This document shows positions 9,943 through 18,800 of a DNA stretch of 64,000 nucleotides, one piece after another. The stretch is taken from IMG/VR virus record IMGVR_UViG_3300029194_000183, positions 9,970 through 73,969 of that record, one strand, 5' to 3'. Under the pieces are notes generated by a model. The model ran no database searches. It was given only the letters and a program-made list of their open reading frames with translations, and was not told the DNA's origin. The position numbers and the translations under genes were made by a program. How positions within the stretch are numbered: position 1 is the stretch's first letter; each line of letters starts with the position of its first letter. Origin of the DNA: a virus.

Positions 9943-10084
9943 TGCGTCATCCTCCTTGGGGTAGTCGTATAATGCCGCATGTATGGCTGAATAGCAAGTT
10001 CTGTCGCCCAGATAAATCGGCATATTACCGACAAACTATCTGCCTGACAGAACGCCTGAATTGCAGCATATATGACAAATGTAA

Positions 10085-10116
10085 AGGGCTTCCCGGTTGG
10101 ATTTGGGAAGCCCGGA
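10085..10116 (-). terminator. Hairpin gggcttccc-N10-gggaagccc downstream of the endolysin gene
   Basis: 9-bp perfect stem. The minus-strand T-run is weak (ctttacattt). Confidence 0.3.
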
Positions 10117-10184
10117 GTGCGGCGTTTGAATCAGCCCGGTCTATGTGCCAGAGAGTGCTTTTGTGTCATCGCAACGAGGTGATA

Positions 10185-11666
10185 TTAGACCTTCTTGACG
10201 TAATCGAGGCTGATCCAGCCGTTACGCTTGCCGGCAAAGGACTTCAGCAATCCCCACTTGGATGCACCCTTACCTGTTGCCTCCGCAACAATGGTGAACA
10301 CACCCTTGCCAGTAAAACCACGGAAGCCATAGTTCGTGCCGGGGCCTTTGCGGATGCGCAGGTCAGAGATAGACACCCGGACCGTGTAGGGCTGAAATGC
10401 CGTGCTGGTGGGATAGACCGCCTTGCCGTTCTCATCGAACACCGAGTAGCCGGGATTCTTGTCAGCACACGCCTTGGCGTTGCTCAGGTCACGGAAAGCT
10501 CCCTTCTGAGATGCAGTATCCGACCAGTTCTTGCGCACACGGTACAGGGTCGCGGCGGGTGTGACAGGCGTAACAGATGCTGCCACATCGAACTGGGTCA
10601 GGTTCCACTGCTCAATGACCCGGCAGAGGTTCTGCATATAGTCAAGGCTCGTCGCATAACCGCCATCCTTGATGATCTGCACCGCTTTCTTATAGTCCGT
10701 GCAGCCTGCCAGTCCCTCGTACCGCTTCTTGCTGCCGTTCATGGCACCCAGCAAATAAGCGGAGTGATCTGCAATGGAGTCCTCAATGGAGCCGTACTTG
10801 CGGAAGTCGGCCGTGACGGTCACATAGCTGCCATCCGTGTTCTGCTCTCCGGTCTGCATGGTGTAGACGGAATGCCCATCCCACGCAGAGCCAGCCCAGC
10901 TGTTCCCCGACAGCGAGGATTTCATGCCAAAGCAGTTATTGGCATTCTGTGCCAGCTCGGACTTGCCGTAGCCGGATTCCAGAATGAACTGCGCCATGGA
11001 CACGCTGGCAAGGATGCCGGACTGCTTCTGGTTTGCGGTAAACAGCGTGGCCACCTTTGTCACAACCTCTGCGGACTCCATATCCTTCAAAGAAGCTGCC
11101 TGCAAGCCAGTGGACGCAACAGGAGTGCCCAGTGCCGCCGTTACCTTGGCCGCCAGATCACTGAGGCGGCTGTACAGCCAGTCGCCGGGGCAGGCTTTGT
11201 TCGCATACCAGCGGTGGACGGTCAGAACCATCTCATCCGATGCCGGCGCATAGTTCAGCGTCTTGTTCTTGTCCCCCAGCCAGAGCAGCTTGGTCTTACC
11301 GTTCCGCTTGCAGATGTCGGTACAGAGCTTGATAAGCGAAGTGTAGACGGCACTGTTCATGGCGTATGGGTGGGTCAGGTCACTGGCGCACTCGATAGTG
11401 ATAGCCCGCTGATCGTTTGCTGCACTGGAAGAGCACCAGCTCCGGTTCTTTTCTTCGACACAGAGCGACACACGGCCGTCCTTGCCGATGCCGTAGTTAC
11501 AACTTGCCTGACGACTCGGGCTGATGAAGCAGCCACAGATACTTTCCGCAGACAACTGCCCCACCACACAGTGCGGGGTGATGCGGTCGATGCTGTGTGT
11601 CCGCTGCCCAGAATGGTTCGGGCTGAGGTTCGTATAAACCACTAAGGGACTGTTAGTGTATGCCAT
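10185..11666 (-). CDS. Endolysin: N-acetylmuramoyl-L-alanine amidase (Amidase_2/PGRP-like) + glucosaminidase + SH3b cell-wall-binding repeats
   Basis: N-terminus IDRITPHCVVG...NYGIGKDGRV...ITIECA...HRWY..CPG. Middle FILESGYGKSELAQNANNCFGMK is the glucosaminidase signature. The C-terminus carries two SH3b-like repeats (YRVRKNWSD... and YTVRVSISDLRIRKGPGTNY). Confidence 0.85.
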   Translation of the reverse strand: MAYTNSPLVVYTNLSPNHSGQRTHSIDRITPHCVVGQLSAESICGCFISPSRQASCNYGIGKDGRVSLCVEEKNRSWCSSSAANDQRAITIECASDLTHPYAMNSAVYTSLIKLCTDICKRNGKTKLLWLGDKNKTLNYAPASDEMVLTVHRWYANKACPGDWLYSRLSDLAAKVTAALGTPVASTGLQAASLKDMESAEVVTKVATLFTANQKQSGILASVSMAQFILESGYGKSELAQNANNCFGMKSSLSGNSWAGSAWDGHSVYTMQTGEQNTDGSYVTVTADFRKYGSIEDSIADHSAYLLGAMNGSKKRYEGLAGCTDYKKAVQIIKDGGYATSLDYMQNLCRVIEQWNLTQFDVAASVTPVTPAATLYRVRKNWSDTASQKGAFRDLSNAKACADKNPGYSVFDENGKAVYPTSTAFQPYTVRVSISDLRIRKGPGTNYGFRGFTGKGVFTIVAEATGKGASKWGLLKSFAGKRNGWISLDYVKKV

Positions 11667-11734
11667 AGAAGATTCCTCCCAATAGAAAAAAGCCCGGATT
11701 GCTCCGGGCCAGACTGTGTTGATTTGGTTTTTGG

Positions 11735-12394
11735 TCAGGGCAGAAGCAGCTTCATGCCGATTCGGATGGCATTGGAAGTCAGGCCGTTCAGCTCACGGAT
11801 GTCCGTGTAGTGGGTACCGCTGCCGAGCTTACGCTCTGCGATGCGCCACAGGTTGTCCCCTGCTACGACTTCGTACACATCTCTGCCGACAAAGACATAG
11901 GCATCATCCTCGTTCAGCACATAGGCAATGCCGTCCTCCTCCTCCGGGCACTTGATCTTCAGCCAGTTGTCGCAGACCTCCAGCACCTCCACGATGGTGT
12001 TCATCGGGTACACAGTCACGACCTCTGCTTCGAGACTGGGTTCCTTGCGGATGTTCATCAGGGTCTTCAGCTTACCGAAAGCAACGGCATCCGGCTGTGG
12101 CTCTGCGGACGGGAAGTCCTCTTCGCCATCGCCGGGTGCATCATCGCTGGGCTTGTCCTCTTCCGGGAGATCCATTACAGGCTTCTCCTCAGCGGTTTCT
12201 TCCCGGGTCGTGGGCTCATCCGCCGGATAGATGACCGTGCCGTCCTCGGCAAAAACATGGCTGCCGGGGTTCTCGTCACACTTCGCCTTGGCATTTGCCA
12301 GCAGCTTATATGCACCGAGCTGGGATGCGTCATCGTTCCAATCGGTCCGAACACGATAATAGCCGGTGTTCAGCTTTGCAGGATATTCATTCAT
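11735..12394 (-). CDS. Cell-wall-binding protein (SH3b-like repeats + C-terminal LysM) with no catalytic domain
   Basis: The N-terminus YYRVRTDWNDDASQLGAYKLLANAKAKCDENPG is paralogous to the endolysin SH3b module. The C-terminus YEVVAGDNLWRIAERKLGSGTHYTDIRELNGL is LysM. RBS GGAGG precedes ATG 12394. Confidence 0.6.
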   Translation of the reverse strand: MNEYPAKLNTGYYRVRTDWNDDASQLGAYKLLANAKAKCDENPGSHVFAEDGTVIYPADEPTTREETAEEKPVMDLPEEDKPSDDAPGDGEEDFPSAEPQPDAVAFGKLKTLMNIRKEPSLEAEVVTVYPMNTIVEVLEVCDNWLKIKCPEEEDGIAYVLNEDDAYVFVGRDVYEVVAGDNLWRIAERKLGSGTHYTDIRELNGLTSNAIRIGMKLLLP

Positions 12395-12593
12395 AGTCGT
12401 TCCTCCATCTAAAATTAGGGAGAGGTCGCCCTCTCCCAATAGACTCCTTCATAAAGCGCACGATTTTTTGGCTTTGGGGAGGTACTTTTCAGAAAACTTC
12501 TCTCATTATGCTTACTGAAATTCAGCATTTGGTACCCAGTTCTCCAAATTTCCCTCTCATAAAGGACAATGAAAATGGCGAAAAGTTGTATAG

Positions 12594-13025
12594 TTACCCT
12601 TCTTTTTCGTCATCTTTCTCCGGGATATGCTTCTCGTTGGTCAGCTGGATCAGCATATCCTTCAGCTTCTCCGGGATGGGAATGCCGATTACGGCAGAGT
12701 TCTCCAGGATGGACAGGCCTTCATTGGACAGGTAGAAGAAAATCACAGCGGTGCGAATCGCTGCGCCGTTCTGAAGCACCTGCGTATCGATAACATTCGC
12801 CACGCCCACCAACAGGAAGATGCACACCTTCTTGGCAATGCCCTTAAAGCCCACCTCGCTGGACAGCTCCTTGCGGATGCCCGCCGCAAGGATGCCGGTG
12901 AAGTAGTCGGTCACCACAAAGATGATGAGTGCGTAGAGGAAGCCATCAAAGCCTCCGAAGAACCAGCCGAGAAAACCGCCCAGTGCCGCAAAAGCAAACT
13001 GGAGCTTGTCGATTACATTCTGCAT
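12594..13025 (-). CDS. Holin (TcdE / phage_holin_4-like, multi-TM)
   Basis: MQNVIDKLQFAFAALGGFLGWFFGGFDGFLYALIIFVVTDYFTGILAAG... gives three predicted TM helices and a charged C-terminus, placed in the lysis cassette. Confidence 0.7.
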   Translation of the reverse strand: MQNVIDKLQFAFAALGGFLGWFFGGFDGFLYALIIFVVTDYFTGILAAGIRKELSSEVGFKGIAKKVCIFLLVGVANVIDTQVLQNGAAIRTAVIFFYLSNEGLSILENSAVIGIPIPEKLKDMLIQLTNEKHIPEKDDEKEG

Positions 13026-13132
13026 ACTTGTACCTTGCCTTTCCTGCCCTTTGCAGGGCATAAAAAATAGGACGGTGCTCCGTCCTTGTGTAATGGTGTT
13101 CTATATAAACACAGCCGTGTGGCTGTGGGGTA

Positions 13133-15751
13133 TTAAAGGATGAGCCGTTCCAGCAAGCTCTGGAAGGACGCAGCGATGATCTCATGCCCCTTTTCATCGG
13201 GATGCACGCCATTGCCGCCGTCCTTAGAGAATGCGAGCTTGCGGAAATTCTCATCATCAGGTCGCAGGTTGGATTCGTGGTACAGATCCAGGCACGGGAT
13301 GCTGCGCCGCTTGCAGATCTCAACGATTGCCTCCGAGTACTTCGCCATACCGCAGGTTGTCTTAGAAGGCATACTGCCGACCCACGGAGTCGGGGTCACG
13401 ATACCCAGCCGAGCCAGAGGGATGCGTTCGTAGATGGCGTCAATAGTTGCGTTGATGCAGCCACAGATTGTATCGGTACCCGTATCCGTGACAGTTCCCA
13501 GCGTCTGGTCAGACGAGAGATCGTTGCCGCTGCCGAAGATGGTGATCACATCGGCATCCTCCGGGATATCACTGACGCGCTGGTAAAATGCTCGGTTGAT
13601 ATCCTTCCGCCGCATATAACCAGTTCCACTGACACCGAGGTTCACGGTCTTAATGCCTGTCTTTTCGGCGATATAGTCGAAGTAGTGCTTCGTAGTACGG
13701 CTATTGCTTTCCGTCAAGCTGTCACCAAGGCACACCCATGTGCGGCCATACCACTTAGGTTTCATGCCGATAAAATAGCCACGAGTCATAGGCTGGATGC
13801 CGCAACTCTGCATACCGTTGATGCATGCAACCCGAATAGAAACTGCTCGTGCCGGAGAAGTCACAACCTTATTCTCAATCTTGCGATCAGTATTGCCTGT
13901 GTTGTTTTCGCCGCCGACCCGATTTCCGTTCACATCGTAAAATGCATAGAGGCCGTACCCGGCTTTTCCGGCTGCGCTGATGCAGTACGGGGTATACGGT
14001 TCCACAGTGATAGGCTCGGACAACCGGTAATTCGTGTTACCAGTCGGCTCTTTCACTATGGCACCTGTTGTCGGATTCAGGAGCATTCCGTTGTTTTCGG
14101 TAACTTTGACAGCTTCTCCAATAGCATATTCGTAGTTCTCGTCCACGATCTTGCTTGCCAGATAGTTTTCCAAGCCGGAGATTCTGCTATCGCGTTCTGC
14201 CGCCTGTTCTGCTGCTGTGCCGACCAACTCTGCCGAAGGATAGCTGATTCGTGTAACCTTTTTGATTACACCCGTGAAATGGTTGTTCTCCACCCATGCG
14301 ATACGTACCGTTGCAGCAGTTGCCGGAACAGGAGAAATGCGGTCGTAGTAGGTTCGAATCATATCGGTCTTCTGCTGGAACCCTCCTACCACCTTATCAT
14401 TCTCATCATAAAAGGCATACAGGTACTTACTCCAGCCGCCGGATACCGTAAATGCATACAATTCACCAGGGCTGACCGGAATCGGCTCGGATACACGGAA
14501 TGCCGTGTTCTCACTCGACAGTGGCACAACCTCTCCTGCTTTTTCATTGATGCACCGGTTGGCAGTATAGGTGAACTCAACTGCTTCCCCTTCCACGACC
14601 GCAGCACTCAGAAGCGTATTCTGCTCCCCGGTTGCCGCTGCAATCAGATCGGCCTTCGCCTTTTCCAGACCAGTCTCCACCGCAACCATCCGGGATTCAG
14701 GTTTCTCGTTCAGCTCATTTGTCGGGAAAAGGAAACGAGTCACTTCCTCCACCTTACCCATAAAATTCGAAACCTGAATCCAGGTGATACGCATACTGAC
14801 CGCCCCAACCGGCGCGATTACGATTCGATTCTCGATTTTACCGGACTTGTTATCCGGCGCGATCTCACCAGCAAGAACATTCTCGTCGCTGTCATAGAAA
14901 GCATAGTAGTATTTTTTCCAGCCACTAGATGCAGTGATAATATACACATGGCCTGCCACAACAGGGATCATCTCCGAGGTGTGCCAGTGACTGTCGCTTT
15001 CATTCGCCAGCGTACCCACCGTGCCGTTCAGATTGATGAAGGTCCGAATCGTGAAATCAAAGGTCAATTCCTTTGTCTCACGACCAGTCGCCTCATCCAG
15101 AAGCTGGGACACGATTGTAGTAAGCCAATCATCCCACAGACCGCGTGTCTTTTCCGCCGAGCGCATTGCTTCGCCTAGTGAGGCATGGGTCGTACCCTGG
15201 TTGTCCACGCGGGCATCCAGAATCTCACTGTCAGCGGTCATGCCTCCGGCGATACTGTCCATCCGCTTATTCAGCGTGGTCTTAGCATCGTTCAGTTCCT
15301 TACGGCCGGTATTCAAATCAGTTTGGGCCTGTTCGACCTTGCCGGAAAGAGTTTCTGTAGTCTGCTGCAGGCTCTCCTGCATACGGCTTTCCGTTTCTGT
15401 GAGCTCCTGACTGATAGCCGTATGCGTATCCGTCAGTTCTTTGCTCATGGCTACATGAGTTTCGGAAAACTCCTTGCTCATGTCTGCCTTAGTCTGTGCA
15501 AGATCAGTGTGCATCTGTTGAACATCGGCATCCACATCCAGTTCCAGTTGATGCACCTGCGCCGAATACTCCGCACAGATAGCCCAGTATTCCGCACTGT
15601 CCAACAACGTACCCGCCGGGACGGACTTGCGGCTGATATAGCTGTCGCCCGTCTCCGGCTGGTACACGATACTGAGCATCTCGTACTTGCTGTTCTTGCT
15701 CCATACGCCGCAATGCTTCGGCACAATGCGGCCGCCTACGAATTCACCCAT
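13133..15751 (-). CDS. Tail fiber protein: shared N-terminal anchor, three ~110-aa tandem putative carbohydrate-binding repeats, C-terminal SGNH/GDSL hydrolase
   Basis: The N-terminal 170 aa are about 60% identical to the N-terminus of 15894–20858. Repeats carry the YAFYD motif. The C-terminus has VCLGDSLTE...GSGND...DGVHP SGNH motifs. Confidence 0.7.
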   Translation of the reverse strand: MGEFVGGRIVPKHCGVWSKNSKYEMLSIVYQPETGDSYISRKSVPAGTLLDSAEYWAICAEYSAQVHQLELDVDADVQQMHTDLAQTKADMSKEFSETHVAMSKELTDTHTAISQELTETESRMQESLQQTTETLSGKVEQAQTDLNTGRKELNDAKTTLNKRMDSIAGGMTADSEILDARVDNQGTTHASLGEAMRSAEKTRGLWDDWLTTIVSQLLDEATGRETKELTFDFTIRTFINLNGTVGTLANESDSHWHTSEMIPVVAGHVYIITASSGWKKYYYAFYDSDENVLAGEIAPDNKSGKIENRIVIAPVGAVSMRITWIQVSNFMGKVEEVTRFLFPTNELNEKPESRMVAVETGLEKAKADLIAAATGEQNTLLSAAVVEGEAVEFTYTANRCINEKAGEVVPLSSENTAFRVSEPIPVSPGELYAFTVSGGWSKYLYAFYDENDKVVGGFQQKTDMIRTYYDRISPVPATAATVRIAWVENNHFTGVIKKVTRISYPSAELVGTAAEQAAERDSRISGLENYLASKIVDENYEYAIGEAVKVTENNGMLLNPTTGAIVKEPTGNTNYRLSEPITVEPYTPYCISAAGKAGYGLYAFYDVNGNRVGGENNTGNTDRKIENKVVTSPARAVSIRVACINGMQSCGIQPMTRGYFIGMKPKWYGRTWVCLGDSLTESNSRTTKHYFDYIAEKTGIKTVNLGVSGTGYMRRKDINRAFYQRVSDIPEDADVITIFGSGNDLSSDQTLGTVTDTGTDTICGCINATIDAIYERIPLARLGIVTPTPWVGSMPSKTTCGMAKYSEAIVEICKRRSIPCLDLYHESNLRPDDENFRKLAFSKDGGNGVHPDEKGHEIIAASFQSLLERLIL

Positions 15752-15893
15752 GATTTCATTCTCCCTTCTGCTTGCTCAAAGGCTTTCCAACGTCTTTTTC
15801 GCAAGCAGGGAGGAGGATGAAAATCAGCTTTCAGGAGTACCCCCCCCCGAAAATTTCTTTCATATTATCATTTTTATTCATAATTTTCCTTTC

Positions 15894-18800
15894 TCAGAGG
15901 GCATTTACCTCTGCATCCATAGCGATACACTTCAGACGATACCAGTTGATAATCTGGCTCATATTGTTGGTGTTCGTTCCGGGAATCTTTGGCCACAACA
16001 CCACTTCATGATCCAGCAGCCCCTTCGGGATGTCCACAAGGAAGTTTGAAACCACCGTCTGAACATTACCCTCGCTCAGAACGTTCTTTCGGAGTGAGGC
16101 ATACCGGGACTTAATCTTTGCTCTGTAGCAGTTGTACAGGATTCCCATCAGCTTGTGGCTGCCGGCAAACCCTTTGAGCGTCGTAACCGTATCCGGGTTA
16201 TAGTAGACCTTACCGTTCCAGCAGTTACCGAATGCGGTGTCAAGATCGTACTCGGAGAACGCCCACTTCACGCCATCAAAGGTCATCAGGATATAGTTCT
16301 TGTCGAGGTTATCGGTCAGTGCGAACATGGAGGTAATGATAAAGTAGTCCACGGCGCTGTCAAGATCCAGATACGGACTGAGTGCCGACTCCACATCTGC
16401 TGCGGTAGTGCCGCTGAAGTTCATAACAGCACGAATCAGGGTATTCACGCTGTCCTTGACCCACTGGGTATTGGATTCGTCCGGCACATACTCCATCTCG
16501 AAGTCGGTCTTATCCACCTTAGCTTCCTCAGCAAACTGCGTTCCCTTGGCGTGCGTTTCGGCCGTCAGGATACACTCCTTGGCTCCATCGCTCATACCGA
16601 ACATCCACTTATCCTTCGGAATGTTCAGCGTGTAGATGCCCTGATACTCGTCGTTGATTGCCACCATGATAGGGAACCCATCAATGGCACCGCCGTTGGG
16701 CAGATCATACAGCTTTTCGTTGCGTTTCGGGCGAGTACGCACCGCCTGCCCCCACAGTTTGGCCGCAACGATGTTTCGGCAATGGCTGAAATCGATATAA
16801 TTGGCTTTCAGGCAGTACTTCTTCTGAGCGCCCCACTTCTCAACGATCGTTCGCTTTTCATCGAAGGTGATGGTGAAGTTCTTCTTATCGTATGCGAGGC
16901 TGGAAGCACCTTGCCATTTCAGCGTACAGTTGCCAGTCAGCTCACCGTAGGCGTAGGCCAGCTTGACCTTGTTCTCCTTGCTGATTCCCTTCATGGAGCC
17001 GGTCAGTTTCAGGAGAGGCAGGTTGTAGCTTTCATACGGAAACCCGATGTCCTCCTCCGGTTCTTCCTCTTTCTCCTGTGCAAAGGCCAGCATATCTGTC
17101 TGACTGAGCTTGCCCTCGACCACATAGACGTGCAGGATATGATCCTCCAGCGTCATTTCCTTGCGGTAGTTGATACGCAGCCGGACATCCATCGAGGCAT
17201 CCGGCGCAAAGGTCCCAAACGGAGACTTCTGCACATTGAAAGCAAGGCCCATACCATTCTGCTTGACGGCCGCGCCGGTGGTCTTGTCCACCAGCGTCAT
17301 GTTGTAGTCCACCGTCTTATCGGTATCCCGGACAAGAATGGTGTAGGACTGCCCTGCCTCCAGATGGAAAACCTCGCTGATGTTGGTATAGGTCGTGGTG
17401 CTTGCCGTACCAAAGGTACCGTTCAACATGATGCCCGCCGGGTCCGGCATACCAATCGAATTCAAGCGGTAAACTCCCGTACCATCCAAGAATCCCTTAT
17501 TGCCGAGCATCCGCACAAGATTCTTCTTGCGGACATCATCCTTGACAGCTGCCATCTCGGAAATGACCGCTGCAAGCGTATCGCTCTTGGGATAGGCGTA
17601 GAAGTCATCTGCACTCCAATCCTGACCCTCGTACATATAGGCATGGATCAGGTGGTTGCTGAACACAGCGCCGGTAGCATAGATGCCCATTTGGTAGTCG
17701 CCTGTCGTATCCGGGATAACCTGTTCAAAGCGCCCGCCGATTGCAGAGGCACCACGGTTCGTACCACCCTGCTGCAAACAGGCACTGGAAGTGGTTCTAT
17801 AGAAGAACATGGAATAAGGCGCGGGTGGGTCATCGTCCACGATATGCACTGTGTAGGCCTTTCCCTTTTCCAGATGCATCGGCTCGGAGATGCGAAGGAT
17901 GGTCGCATTCAACTCACTGGACATCAGGCCATTGACAATGATACCCGCTCCATCCAAAACGCCGAGGGCAGTTGCCGTTGCCGACACATCGCCGGCATTG
18001 CTGCGAACCACCGAATCAATGGTCTTCACCATATTGTTCATCCGTGCTCGATCAGACACCGTCAAGATATTTTCCAAGCCATTGTGCGTGGAAATCCATC
18101 GAGCATCCTCGCGGTCAGACAATACCTGGACCCTCTGGTCTGCATCCACCTTGACCTGCAGGAGTTCAGAATACTCTGCCCACGAGCGCATCTGCTGCTC
18201 GGTATAGGCCCCCTCCACCAAATATACACGGATATGCTGCCCGTCAAAAGTCGTAGCCGTATCGCATACGACACGCGCACGGCAGGAGTAGTCCTTATCA
18301 GCAGTAAAGGTGTACACATGGCGGTTCTTCGTATTCACGGACACTGTTGCACCATTGATCTGAATGGAGCCGTAGGTCACTTCATCACCGAGGAATACCG
18401 TAAGGGCGGGACAATCTTCATCCTCACGCACAAGCAACGTATAGGTTTTTCCGGAAGTCAACGGCACAAGGGTTGTGCAGCGGATGCTGTTCAGAGCCAG
18501 AGTACCACCCATATTGCCCACGATCTTCACGGATGCCTGATCGATATCGCTGTCCGCAATCATCTGAATCTTAGCATTTGTCTGCGGATTCGAGTCTCCA
18601 TAGTTGATCGTTCGGAACAGATTCTTGCTCCGGACATTGTCATGCACAGCGGCCAGACTCGTAAAGCTCCCGTTGAGGTCGTTGAACTCCACAAGGCCAC
18701 GAACTGTGTCGTAGGCGTAGACTCCTTCCAGAACAAACAGGTGCATCTCGCAATTTGGAAAATTCAAATCCTGGCTGGTATAGATACCCGGACGATAGTA

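Noticed and set aside
9943-10023. Longer N-terminus (start 10023) for the first serine recombinase of the triplet
   Set aside because: There is no RBS at 10023, whereas ATG 9942 has a strong AAGGAGG RBS and gives the canonical spacing before the catalytic AAAYCRVS motif.
7657-11645. Plus-strand ORFs 7657–9270 (537 aa) and 9942–11645 (567 aa)
   Set aside because: They are antisense to the serine recombinase and endolysin genes, with low-complexity Arg/Gly/His-rich translations and no domain signals.
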